DNA of 64,000 nt from Ranitomeya imitator. Lineage: Eukaryota. Position numbers and translations under genes: made by a program. Positions 25,352 through 37,302 of the stretch are shown in pieces. Each line of letters begins with the position of its first letter. Position 1 is the stretch's first letter. The notes under the pieces were generated by a model, which saw nothing but the letters and a program-made list of their open reading frames with translations, was not told the DNA's origin and did no database searches. The stretch lies in NCBI RefSeq assembly GCF_032444005.1, contig NC_091291.1:131068001-131132000 (forward strand). Direction: 5' to 3'.

Positions 25352-26956
25352 CAGTGGGGCAAAAAAGTATTTAGTCAGTCAGCAATAGTGCAAGTTCCAC
25401 CACTTAAAAAGATGAGAGGCGTCTGTAATTTACATCATAGGTAGACCTCAACTATGGGAGACAAACTGAGAAAAAAAAATCCAGAAAATCACATTGTCTG
25501 TTTTTTTAACATTTTATTTGCATATTATGGTGGAAAATAAGTATTTGGTCAGAAACAAAATTTCATCTTAATACTTTGTAATATATCCTTTGTTGGCAAT
25601 GACAGAGGTCAAACGTTTTCTGTAAGTCTTCAAAAGGTTGCCACACACTGTTGTTGGTATGTTGGCCCATTCCTCCATGCAGATCTCCTCTAGAGCAGTG
25701 ATGTTTTTGGCTTTTCGCTTGGCAACACGGACTTTCAACTCCCTCCAAAGGTTTTCTATAGGGTTGAGATCTGGAGATTGGCTAGGCCACTCCAGGACCT
25801 TGAAATGCTTCTAACGAAGCCACTCCTTCATTGCCCTGGCGGTGTGCTTTGGATCATTGTCATGTTGAAAGACCCAGCCACGTTTCATCTTCAATGCCCT
25901 TGCTGATGGAAGGAGGTTTGCACTCAAAATCTCACGATACATGGCCCCATTCATTCTTTCATGTACCCGGATCAGTCGTCCTTGCCCCTTTGCAGAGAAA
26001 CAGCCCCAAAGCATGATGTTTCCACCACCATGCTTTACAGTAGGTATGGTGTTTGATGGATGCAACTCAGTATTCTTTTTCCTCCAAACACGACAAGTTG
26101 TGTTTCTACCAAACAGTTCCAGTTTGGTTTCATCAGACCATAGGACATTCTCCCAAAACTCCTCTGGATCATCCAAATGCTCTCTAGCAAACTTCAGACG
26201 GGCCCGGACATGTACTGGCTTAAGCAGTGGGACACGTCTGGCACTGCAGGATCTGAGTCCATGGTGGCGTAGTGTGTTACTTATGGTAGGCCTTGTTACA
26301 TTGGTCCCAGCTCTCTGCAGTTCATTCACTAGGTCCCCCCGCGTGGTTCTGGGATTTTTGCTCACCGTTCTTGTGATCATTCTGACCCCACGGGGTGGGA
26401 TTTTGCGTGGAGCCCCAGATCGAGGGAGATTATCAGTGGTCTTGTATGTCTTCCATTTTCTAATTATTGCTCCCACTGTTGATTTCTTCACTCCAAGCTG
26501 GTTGGCTATTGCAGATTCAGTCTTCCCACCCTGGTGCAGGGCTACAATTTTGTTCTGGTGTCCTTTGACAGCTCTTTGGTCTTCACCATAGTGGAGTTTG
26601 GAGTCAGACTGTTTGAGGGTGTGCACAGGTGTCTTTTTATACTGATAACAAGTTTAAACAGGTGCCATTACTACAGGTAATGAGTGGAGGAAAGAGGAGA
26701 CTCTTAAAGAAGAAGTTGCAGGTCTGTGAGAGCCAGAAATCTTGATTGTTTGTTTCTGACCAAATACTTATTTTCCACCATAATATGCAAATAAAATGAT
26801 AAAAAAACAGACAATGTGATTTTCTGGATTTTTTTTTCTCAGTTTGTCTCCCATAGTTGAGGTCTACCTATGATGTAAATTACAGACGCCTCTCATCTTT
26901 TTAAGTGGTGGAACTTGCACTATTGCTGACTGACTAAATACTTTTTTGCCCCACTG
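25352..26956 (-). mobile_element. Tc1/mariner transposon, IR/DR type, full length (1605 bp)
   Basis: TA|CAGTGGGGCAAAAAAGTATTTAG...CTAAATACTTTTTTGCCCCACTG|TA; TIRs of about 200 bp, each with inner and outer AAGTATTT(A/G)GTCAG repeats. Confidence 0.96.
25568..26589 (-). pseudogene. Tc1 DD34E transposase with a 1-nt frameshift and one nonsense codon
   Basis: ATG at 26589 gives [12 protein letters not shown], then a frameshift near 26553; WSDETK, HDNDPKH and [11 protein letters not shown] motifs; TAG at 25811-25813. Confidence 0.92.
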
Positions 26957-27260
26957 TATATAAGGGAGATGACAAACATGTATATACTGAGGTGATGAGG
27001 TGAAAATGAAAAGGTGTGAGTGCAAAATGAGAGGAGTGAGGAAAAATAGTGGAGTGATCAGAAAATGACAGATGTGAGGTCGAAATGACAAGTGTTAGGG
27101 GGGAATGAGAGGAGTGAGGGAGAAAATGAGAGATGTGAGGGGGAAAATGAAAGATGCGATTGGGAAAATGAGAGGCGTGATGGGAGAATAAGAGAAGTGA
27201 CGTGCTATAACTAACCACAGATATTTACTATGCCCAGGCAACGCCGGGCTCTTCAGCTAG

Positions 27261-28888
27261 TCTACTATATAATTGTCTAAGGGTCACTTCCATCTTTCTG
27301 TCTGTCCCGGATATTTATTGGTCGCGGCCTCTGTCTGTCATGGAATCCAAGTCGCTGATTGGTCGTGGCAAACGCCCACGACCATTGCCACGACCAATCA
27401 GCAACGGGCACAGTCCGGCGGCAACATGGCCGCTCCTTCCTCCCCGCAGTCAGCGCTCACACAGGGTTAATGGCAGAGTTAACCGAACGCACTATGCCGC
27501 GGGTAACTCACTCCGTTACCGCCGCTATTAACCCTGTGTGACCAAGTTTTTTACTATTGATGTTGCCTATGCTGCCTCAATAGTAAAAAGATCTGTTAAA
27601 AATAATAAAAAAAAATAAAAAAAAATCATTATATACTCACCTTCCGGCGCCTTTCCCGCTCCTCGCGACGCTCCGGTGACCGCTCCATGCAAGCGGTAGG
27701 TTCCGGTGGCAATGATGTTATGTGACAAGGACCTGTCATGACGTCACGGTCATGTGACCGCAACGTCATCACAGGTCCTGCGCCCATACCAACCCTGGGA
27801 CCAGAAGCAGCCGTGTGCACCGCACACAGGGCCAGGACTTCAACGGAGGGTGAGTATATGTTTATTTTTTATTTTAAGTCTGTATACTCCATGGCTCTGT
27901 GCTGTATACTCCGTCGCTGTGCAATATACTCCGTGGCTGGGCAATATACTACGTGGCTGGGCAATATACTACGTGGCTGGGCAATATACTACGTGCCTGG
28001 GCAATATACTACGTAACTGGGCAATATACTACGTGGCTGGGCAATATACTACGTGGCTGGACAATATACTACGTGGCTGGGCAATATACTACGTGACTGG
28101 ACAATATAATACGTGGCTGGGCAAAATACTACGTGACTGGGCAAAATACTACGTGACTGGGCAAAATACTACATGGGCTGTGCAATATACTACGTGGCTG
28201 TGCAATATACTACGTTGCTGGGCAATATACTACGTGGCTGGGCAATATTCTACGTGGCTGGGCAATATACTACGTGGCTGGGCAATATACTACGTGGGCT
28301 GGGCAATATACTACGTGGCTGGGCAATATACTACGTGGCTGGGCAATATACTACGTGGCTGGGCAATATACTACGTGGCTGGGCAATATACTACGTGGCT
28401 GGGCAATATACTACGTGGCTGGGCAATATACTACGTGGCTGGGCAATATACTACGTGGCTGGGCAAAATACTACGTGACTGTGCAATATACTACGTGGCT
28501 GTGCAATATACTACGTGGCTGGGCAATATACTACGTGGCTGGGCAATATACTACGTGGCTGGGCAATATACTACGTGGCTGGGCAAAATACTACGTGACT
28601 GTGCAATATACTACGTGACTGTGCAATATACTACGTGGCTGTGCAATATACTACGTTGCTGGGCAATATACTACGTGGCTGGGCAATATACTACGTGGCT
28701 GGGCAATATACTACGTGGCTGGGCAAAATACTACGTGACTGTGCAATATACTACGTGGCTGTGCAATATACTACGTGGCTGGGCAATATACTACGTGGCT
28801 GGGCAATATACTACGTGACTGGGCAATATACTACGTGGACATGCATATTCTAGAATACCCGATGCGTTAGAATCGGGCCACCATCTAG
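27261..28888 (+). mobile_element. Non-autonomous Helitron 2 (different family), abutting Helitron 1
   Basis: Begins TCTACTATATAATTG; ends with hairpin CCCGAT-8nt-ATCGGG (28858-28877) followed by CTAG|T. Confidence 0.75.
27926..28838. repeat. Minisatellite, 20-bp unit (GGCTGGGCAATATACTACGT), about 45 copies
   Basis: Tandem units; source of the spurious ORF 27754..28818. Confidence 0.96.
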
Positions 28889-29398
28889 TATAATATATAA
28901 ATAAAATTAGAAATATAACAAATACATAAATATAATTAATGAACTGTTAAGCACTGCAAGATATGTTGGCGCCATATAAAGATTATTATCATTAAATATA
29001 TGTATTATTTGTAGTTATATATTTTGTCTATAGATAATATATTACATAAATATATGCATTATTTGTTATAGTTATATTTTATGTATTTTTCGATATTTAT
29101 CTAGTGTTAGATTATAAAGCATTTTTCCATTATTACATTTATGTGTTTATGTAGTTACTGTATTTATTGTAGCATTGACATAACCACACGGGATGAACCC
29201 GCTGCAGATTTTCTGGCCACGTTTGCAGGCGCGACGATGAGTTTTCCATAATCCGTATGACGTCAGTTTCTGCTGCAGAAAACTCAACAATTTGTAGCTG
29301 ATTTTCCCCATTGACTTCAATAGAGAAGTGAGAATCTGCAGTTCTATCCTGGTTGTTGCAGATTTCTCGGATCACCGGCAGAAAGAGATGAGGAATAA

Positions 29399-29783
29399 GG
29401 CTATGGGCACACGTGGCGGATTTGGCTGTAGAATTTTCTGTGCAGATTCTGCATTTCTTGGCAGAAAACGCAGGTCAGAATCTGCGCCTTTTTTTGGTAT
29501 GTGCGCACCTTACAGATTTTTGTGCGGATTTCTTCTTTTTTTTTTTTCAATCCTGCGGATTTCTATAATGGAATGGGTGCAGAAACGCAGATCTGCAAAA
29601 AGAATTGACATGCTCCTTTTTTTTTTTTTTTTTAATCTGCTGCGTTTTCCTTGTGGATTTTTCCGCACCATTAGCGCAATTTTTTTCCCCACCGATTTAC
29701 ATTGTACTGTAAATCACTTGCAGATCTGCAGCGAATCAAAACGCTGCGGATCCGTAGCAAATCTGCAACGTGCGCACATACCC
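29399..29783. mobile_element. Probable Harbinger-type MITE, diverged
   Basis: Imperfect TIR GGCTATGGGCACACGT / ACGTGCGCACATACCC; flanks TAA and TTA. Confidence 0.45.
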
Positions 29784-32284
29784 TTAGGACTTCCATGGCT
29801 CTCCTCCGCCATACAGTCCCAATCTTTAATCCCTACTCCAAAACTTAAAGATGGCGAGAACTGGGGGAGCGGTTAGTGTGACGGAAGTCATGGTCGTCCT
29901 TAAGAACAAATACATTTGTGTCTCAGACCTCTATAAAAAGTCACGCTTTGCTCACAATTCCACATGAACGTGCGACATTTCCCACATTCGCCTCCCGCTC
30001 TTTTCTGGTATTGAAATGAACAAACCGGCTTAAAAAGGCGATTTCTGAAAAAAACAACATCCCCAAATTGCGTTGATTTTTTGCAACATTCCACAACGGT
30101 CTCACGCTCTTATCTGACATTAGATATTGTACCAGAAGGTCAAAAAAAAAAGGCAAAATTTGCTCCATATTTCTGAATAAAGCTTCTTCACGCATCAGAT
30201 AAGTGCGCGGCCCGTTATTTTTCGGATACATCAGACTCGTTTCTATGAATGCGCCTTTTCACTGTCCTCTACTGATCGTCCGCTAAAAAAAAAAAAAAAA
30301 CGAGAATACATAAATGTCATCCATGTCCTGTCTGTATTTTACTGTGTGGTGCAACGTATTTTAGTTTAGCAAAAAAAAATAAAAAAATAAAAATACACGA
30401 TTTCATATTGTTGGGAGAAGTTTATGCTGTACGTGTCTACTTGTGGCCACCTAGTGGTTGTGGTGAGAATTACAGGCTGATACTCTATCATGAGAAGTCT
30501 ATGGAATTATTACTTTCGTGATCTTCAGAAGCGTAGTACTCCCCTACTTCCCGGGAAATAGGGCGCTCATGCTCGCCTTACCTGCGCCATATTGTGCAGA
30601 GACTGCAGCAGGAGCCCTGAAGACGGCTGAATCCAGTGATCAAATAAACCTTGGAAACTTCTGCAGCAAAGAGCTTGGAAGCGCTGCGCTCCTTACCTAT
30701 GCAGAAGTGGCCATTAACATAGGCACTAAGTTGTAAAGGTAAGTTCACACAGGTCGTTTTTGCAGGGGTTTTTCTGCACCGTATGAAAAATACTCTACGT
30801 GGTTTTTTTTTACTCACGTTCGAAAAGTCCTGCAAAAATATGCATCGGGGGGTAAACAAAAAAAAAAAATGCAGAGAGTGCATGAGATTTCAGACATCTC
30901 ATTGGTTTTAATGGTACAGTAAAATGTTGCAGATTTTATGCATCACATACGCCGGGTGTGAACATACCCCAACACTATCCTTTTACTTTTGAGAACAGAG
31001 ATGATTATTGAGGAGGTAAATTGTAATAAGTTGCCTTTTCCGCCCTCGTAGATCGGAGACCCCCGGAAATAATCAGTCTCCTTTAGTCTTTCCCATCTTT
31101 ATTAGCAGGTGCCTGTCTGACGTGATCCCGGTGCAGCAGTACTTGTCTCTAGCGACTCTCCAGATCGGAGCATGCCCTGCATTTTTTTCATTTCTGGATC
31201 GGCCACTATTAAGTGTCAGATATAAAGACCGAGATCCGCGTTTCCACTGTCATTTTTTTTTTTTTATAATAATTCGGCTCCATACGCACAACAACAACAA
31301 GACGGGACGATGGGCTCGTTACGCCGTACATAGAAGCTCTAGAGATGGGATCTACCGAATGAGATTTAAAGCTGTACAGACACGTTTTAAACACAAAAGG
31401 GCATCCCCCCCCCACACAATCTCGGCCCTAATTCTGCGCCGGTACGGTGAAGTCCCAGCTCTATGCTTCTTCTCTAAGCCGCATGCCATTACCCCTAATG
31501 CCCAACTCTTCGTGGGTCAAAATCCAGCTTTGGTCCCTAGACCCGAGCTATCGAGCGTACACGTTCAGACAAGCGTTACACATAGATATTATATTCTCAC
31601 ATTTCCGAGGCTGCGCATACACCGCACAGCGAGAGGACGATCAAAAAAAAAAAAAAAAAAATATACAGCAAGCCATAAAAAGAAAGTTGGAGTAATTGCA
31701 ATATGGCGTAGGCCGCTCCGGCAGGGAAGGAGTTAACTCGCCAACCCCCGGCAGGCTTTATAACCATGTCCCGGTGATTGTACGTATGGGTTAACCATCC
31801 GATGCCGGGGGGACCCACTAGTCACCACGTAGCCCCACCATTTACCTAACCGACCAGTCAGATTCAATGCTATGAAAAAAAATAACGAAAAAAAACAAAA
31901 AACACAATGGTCCAGTCAGCCGTCACTCCCGGAGTGGTGGCCTCCTACATATATACTACACACCACATCATCCCACCCCACTGAGGGGTCACAGTCGCTC
32001 TCTACAGGATTTCGGGTCCACTCGGAGGTTATAGCCTTCTAGCTGCTCCCGGATTTTAGGATCCATCTATCATTGCGCCTCTCTGACTCGACCGGGGACA
32101 TACGTGTCCAATAAATGGGGGACGACGACGAGGAAAAGCGAGGAATCGGCAGATGGATACGAGTCCTGTGTATATACACTGAGCTTGTAGATATACAGCT
32201 GAGGCGACGGTAGTGAACGGCGGGGAACGAGGGGGGCAGCCAATGATGTAACACTGACGACAGGGTGAGGAGGAACCAGGGGGC

Positions 32285-32563
32285 TCAGGCCAGAGTGACT
32301 TGTTTTTCCTCTGGGGTCTCCTCCAGGAGTTGCATAATCAGTTCGTGAAGTGGCCGGCAGACCTTGGCGTAACCGGCGGCCGTGAGATGGAGGAAATCAA
32401 ACATGTCGTGTCGGGAGACGGCGCCGTCCGAGTGGACAAATCCGAAATCTACATCTAGGAGCTGAACTCCGGGAAGACGCGGGAGCCAGGAGCGCAGCAG
32501 CTGGTTCACCCGGGCGTTCTTCTCCCGCAGAGGATTAGGCTTCTCTCCACGGGGCAGTAATCC
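32285..32563 (-). CDS. PAFAH1B2: PAFAH1B2 last coding exon (GLLPRGEKPNPLREKNARVNQLL...MFDFLHL...EETPEEKQVTLA*)
   Basis: ctgcag acceptor; catalytic D-x-x-H motif (DFLH); TGA at 32285-32287. Confidence 0.97.
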   Translation of the reverse strand, partial: GLLPRGEKPNPLREKNARVNQLLRSWLPRLPGVQLLDVDFGFVHSDGAVSRHDMFDFLHLTAAGYAKVCRPLHELIMQLLEETPEEKQVTLA

Positions 32564-33095
32564 CTGCAGGAGAAAACGGACACATTCAGCAGCCAGCCAT
32601 TACACTGGGACCCCTAATGTTGTGCAGATGTGATGAAGTCCCTGTACCCGGTCATCTAGCCACCACAATGTAGCCCTTGGCAGAATTATGCAGATTTTAA
32701 TTAATGCACATTTTTTCTGCTCCCAACACAAAAACTTCCGAGTACAAACTAATTATTTGCTGCCTGATATATCGCGCCCTTGTATCAGGATAATCAATGT
32801 ACAATGGATGCGGCTGATCTGTGCACAGTATTTCCAGAATGAGTGGGGATGAGTGGACTCGTGGAAGTTTGGAATCAGACACCCAACCCAAACTTTATTC
32901 CAAAGTTTGGTTCAGGTACCAGAACTGGACCCGAACATGAACCAGAACCCCACTGAAAACAATGGGGATCTAGACTTTTGAGCAGAAAAATATCCTCTCC
33001 CTTCACGTACTCAACTACCTCTCCATTCACAGCTGCCACAAAAGACAAGAGTGTGGACCCCTGATCTACAGATAGATGGGGTGCCTGCACCATAA

Positions 33096-33441
33096 GGCTT
33101 CTTTTACACATACCCTTGTTTTGCGGTCCCAATAAGATTTCTATGGGGCTGCAATCATTTCACGGTGCGCCATATTTACAGGCTCGATTTTTTTTGCGGC
33201 TTACGGACACGGCCCCCATTGAAAATCAATGGGGAAGCAAAAACAACAGAAGCTTGTTTTTGCGGTGCACCATGACCTCTGGTTTTGCGGAAAGCTGTTT
33301 TTTTCCCCCAATACTTTTGCTATAGTACTGGGAACCCGAAAAACGGTGATCCGCAAGTTTTTTGGGGGTCTGTTATTGCGGCAGACTGTGAAAATTACGG
33401 CAATAAGGACCGCAAAAAACCTGGTAAGTGTAAAAGAAGCC
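33096..33441. mobile_element. PIF/Harbinger-type MITE
   Basis: Perfect 14-bp TIR GGCTTCTTTTACAC / GTGTAAAAGAAGCC; TAA duplicated on both sides. Confidence 0.82.
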
Positions 33442-33630
33442 TAAATGTCTGAGATGGCAGTACTCTAAGCTCAGTTTTTGCTTTCTGGCTTCCAAGATGC
33501 CGTTTTCAGCCACGGCTGCAGACATCCCGGATCGGATGATGCATCTGATTATGGACAGAGCTGTTGTATATAACAAGTCGGGCACCGCTGCGTTATGGTG
33601 GGGCAGAACGTGTGGGCGACCACCACATAC

Positions 33631-33753
33631 CATCACGATGGTCTTCGCTTGCGGTTGCAGCGTGTTGATGAGTTTTATGATGGCTTCTATTCCACCCGCC
33701 ACCTCTTCAGCTGTGTTTTCATGATTATTGGTGCCGATCCACAAAACAATAAC
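33631..33753 (-). CDS. PAFAH1B2: PAFAH1B2 coding exon 4 (VIVLWIGTNNHENTAEEVAGGIEAIIKLINTLQPQAKTIVM)
   Basis: AG/GT boundaries; 123 nt; GTNN block of SGNH hydrolases. Confidence 0.97.
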
Positions 33754-34067
33754 CTGTTATACAAAGAAAATTAATTAATGCATCCGTGAAAGTTACCCGA
33801 GGACAACTCATAGTGCGGAATTAACCAAAAGTCCTGGATTTGGCACTTCGATCCTGACGGTCTGCTAAACATTTACGAGATATTTTACCCCACGGTCACA
33901 AAATCCCTGCAGAACGATTCCTTTGTGCGGATTTTATACCCGCAGCACGTTCAATATTGCGACAGATTGTGGCCAATCGATTCGTTAGAAATCCACAGCC
34001 AATTTACTGGTGGCAGATTGGCGCCGTGTACGGCGTCGGCGCAGGTTACGGTCTGTTTGCCGCTCAC

Positions 34068-34184
34068 CTTAGGTTTGATATTCTCTAGTTCTCCGTTCTG
34101 AAGCCTCCATAGCACGTGGCGCGTTGTGTCTCCACCGATACCGAAATTTAGTGCGTGAAGCGGAGAGAACAGCTCCCTCCAAAT
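34068..34184 (-). CDS. PAFAH1B2: PAFAH1B2 coding exon 3 (IWRELFSPLHALNFGIGGDTTRHVLWRLQNGELENIKPK)
   Basis: AG/GT boundaries; 117 nt. Confidence 0.97.
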
Positions 34185-34903
34185 CTGCAACAAGAAAAAA
34201 AAACAAAAAAACATTTTTTTGGGGAAGTCAAATGTACGAGGAAATCTAACTCAGGAGATTCAAAATAACAGGCACAGGGGTCTTCTTCTGACCCCCAGCT
34301 GTTGTGACAGCTCATCAGCACCCTCGATCATGTGACAGGGGCGCTGATGAGTGGGATTTGTGAGCGGCGAGTGTTAAATCCTGCTGTTAGAGATTGACAG
34401 CGGAATTTAACAGCCGAGGGTGCTGCTCCGATCCACCCGCGGCTGTTAGGGGCACATGACAGCTGATTAAATCAGCCATCAAGTGTGGGGAAAGATGCGG
34501 CTTCAGCCCCAGACCCCGCATCACAGGCAAGGAGACGACTTATGATATAAATATATGTAGTGAAAGTGTTAAAGGGGTATTGTGGCCCCAGACAGTTATG
34601 AATGACCCCCACTAGTCTGCAAAAGTGGCCACCAGTCTCCGGATTCACAGTTGAGCACTAGGTGAAAAGTCTATGGGAGTAATGGAGAGAACCGAGCGTG
34701 GGCTCGTCTATGTCCACCAGTCAGGGAGGCTATGAATGGAGAGCGGCGGCTGCCATTTTACTTAGACGACCGTTACAGGACTCTCGCTCTGGCGATCGGT
34801 GGAGGTCCGTCCGCTGACGAGAAGTGATGACTTGCTAGAACTGACGTGCCCCATTAATGGCCGCGATTGATGCCCCATCGGTGGTGGACCGTCGCCCTCG
34901 TAC

Positions 34904-34993
34904 CTCATATTGCTGCAGCAGCTGCACCATGGAGTCGCCGACAAACAGAACATCCGGCTCCTTGTCCTTACAGTCTAACACAAACCTGTTATG
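34904..34993 (-). CDS. PAFAH1B2: PAFAH1B2 coding exon 2 (HNRFVLDCKDKEPDVLFVGDSMVQLLQQYE)
   Basis: AG/GT boundaries; 90 nt; catalytic GDS serine. Confidence 0.97.
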
Positions 34994-35745
34994 CTGGAAA
35001 AGCCGGAAAAACAAACAGTCCATTAATGATCTGCAATTTATAGGCAATGTGGACGCTGACAAGGGATCGGACGGCTCCTGCACCCAATCTATGGGGACAC
35101 TCCACATTCGGGGGTTGTCCTCATTATATTCATTGGGGAAGCCTGCAACCTGCTTGGGAACGGGTTATGAAAAGCCCCTCTATTCAAGAGCGGAGGGATC
35201 TTTAATTCTATCGTTTACGGCTCGTTGCCTAGCTACCGGCCACCGCTGCAGTCTATCAGTGTTGGCCGGTCTCCTAGTCAACCAACTCAGCACTTTAGAG
35301 TTGGCATGTGGTGCTTTGAAGCCGGCCGGACCACTAGATTTGGTCACATTCAGTGCTCCTCCAATGCCCCCCGAGGTCACCGATGGGGCAACTGTCAATC
35401 AATCGGGATCGAGAAAGAAGGCTGGAAAAGTGGCCGAAGTACGAAACTCTTCCTTCCAGGTCAGGACTGAGTGTGACCGCTGCAGCCAATCTCTCCTCCA
35501 GCTCAGACAGAATGTGGCCGCTCACTGACTATAGGAGGCGGCCAGGACACTGGAGGGGGAAGGCGGCAGTGGTGCGGAGGTGCAAAGGATGTGGGGATGC
35601 GGTAGGTGGGAGGCTTTATTGTTCTAATTTTTAAGTGGACAACCCCTTTAATGTAGTCCCATCCATTAGGCATCATGGAGGTGACTGACAGTAATCTATG
35701 TGCTAAATTCAGACCAAGATTATCCGAGAGTCGCAGATCTCTTAC

Positions 35746-35826
35746 CTGGGAAAGCCAGCGGTCATCGCCCTGGACGTCCTCAGCCGCATGAGGGACAGCA
35801 GCGGAGTTCGTGTCCTCCTGACTCAT
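35746..35826 (-). CDS. PAFAH1B2: PAFAH1B2 first coding exon (MSQEDTNSAAVPHAAEDVQGDDRWLSQ)
   Basis: ATG at 35826; acceptor at 35842-35843; GTAAG donor. The five exons sum to 229 aa. Confidence 0.97.
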
Positions 35827-36103
35827 TATGTAGGAATCGGACTGCAAAGAAAACAAAGTCCCATTATATGTCTGTATATTCTGGGGGATCACATCATCAC
35901 TGTCCGGTCATTAATACCAGCCTGTGGGGGCCGACTTTCGCCTCCCCTTCCATCGGCACTTGCACTATCCTCAGCGGCTGCGCAGACATCGTCATACTCA
36001 CCCGGGAAACTGATGCAAAACCCAGAGCGGAAAAATGCTAAGAAGCGAAAAGCAGCAGATTTTGCCTTAGCACGCAGATTTGCTGCAGCTGTAGTCGTGA
36101 TTA

Positions 36104-36533
36104 GGCTGCGTTCACACTTTGCTTTTTTTTTTTTTTTGTGTGTGTGTGCAGTAACACCAAAGAAGCATCAATGGAAAACTGACCATTGAAAATAGCACGG
36201 CGTGGCCTGCAAAACGAACGACACTAATGCACAATGTGATTTTTTTTCCCCCACATGTACGTGAAAGCAAATGTGCTCAACCAGCGCAATAACCTTCATT
36301 GGTCGGTGTGCGACTCGTTGTGTGGACGGCACGCTGATCAAAGATATTCTCATCTGAGCTTACAGGAGCCGATTCATTAAGACTAGTGTAGCGCACACCA
36401 CTTAATGAATTCGGCGAAACTTTTCTGTAGAACGCGCATCGCCGGAAATGCTTCCCTGGACCTGGGGTCCACATGGAAATCATCCATGTGCACTAGCATG
36501 TACGCTACAATGCGTTCAATCATGTGAACTGCC
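36104..36533. mobile_element. Probable Harbinger-type MITE, diverged
   Basis: TTA|GGCTGCGTTCACAC ... GTGAACTGCC|TTA; imperfect TIR. Confidence 0.45.
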
Positions 36534-36586
36534 TTAGAAATAGCACCAGGGAGTAGGTTTTACACAGATCTGCAGGGGAGAGAGAG

Positions 36587-37302
36587 GAAAGCATGTATAG
36601 TCTCAGGGAGGGCAGAGAAGAAAAAAAAAAGGTCTACAGACCGAGGAAAAGTACAGCATGTATAGTCTCAGGGAGGGCAGAGAAAAAAAAGGTCTACAGA
36701 CCAAGGAAAAGGAAAGCATGTATAGTCTCAGGGAGGGCAGAGAAAAAAAAGGCTACAGATTGAGGAAAGCATGTATAGTCTCAGGGAGGACAGTTAAAAA
36801 AAATGTATAGACCTAGAGGAAAGCATGTATAGTCTCAGGGAGGACAGAAACAAAGCCTATAAACCTAGAGGAAAGCATGTATAGTCTCAGGGAGGGCAGA
36901 GAAAAACACTATAGACCTAGAGGAAAGCATTAGTGATGAGCGAATATACTCGTTACTCGAGATTTCTTGAGCATGCTCGACGGTCCTCCGAGTATTTTTT
37001 AGTGCTAGGAGATTTCGTTTTTCTTGCTGCAGCTGAATGATTTACAACTGTTAGCCAGCATAAGTACATGTGGGGATTCCCTAGCAACCAGGCAACCCCC
37101 ACATGTACTTATGCCGGCTAACAGTTGTAAATCATTCAGCTGCGGCAAGAAAAACAAAATCTCCTAGCACTAAAAAATACTCGGAGGACCCCCGAGCATG
37201 CTCGAGAAATCTCGAGTAACGAGTATATTCGCTCATCACTAGAAAGCATGTATAGTCTCACGGAGGGCAGAGAAAAAAAAAGTCTATAGACCTAGAGGAA
37301 AG
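36587..37302. repeat. Minisatellite, about 55-65-bp unit (GAAAGCATGTATAGTCTCAGGGAGGGCAGAG...), split by a hAT MITE
   Basis: Six or seven units before the MITE and one after. Confidence 0.85.
36931..37241. mobile_element. hAT-type MITE (311 bp, near-perfect palindrome)
   Basis: TIR TAGTGATGAGCGAATATACTCGTTACTCGAG; 8-bp TSD GAAAGCAT at 36923-36930 and 37242-37249. Confidence 0.92.

Larger units (their letters stand above)
23547..27260 (+). mobile_element. Non-autonomous Helitron 1 (carries microsatellite, minisatellites and a nested Tc1)
   Basis: Begins A|TCTAATATATAAAG in an AT-rich flank; ends with hairpin GCCCAGGC-AAC-GCCGGGC (27232-27249) followed by CTAG; no TIR or TSD. Confidence 0.75.

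Noticed and set aside
27754-28853. 354-aa ORF with repeating WLGNILRGWAIYYVAGQYTT
   Set aside because: A 20-bp minisatellite cycling through three frames.
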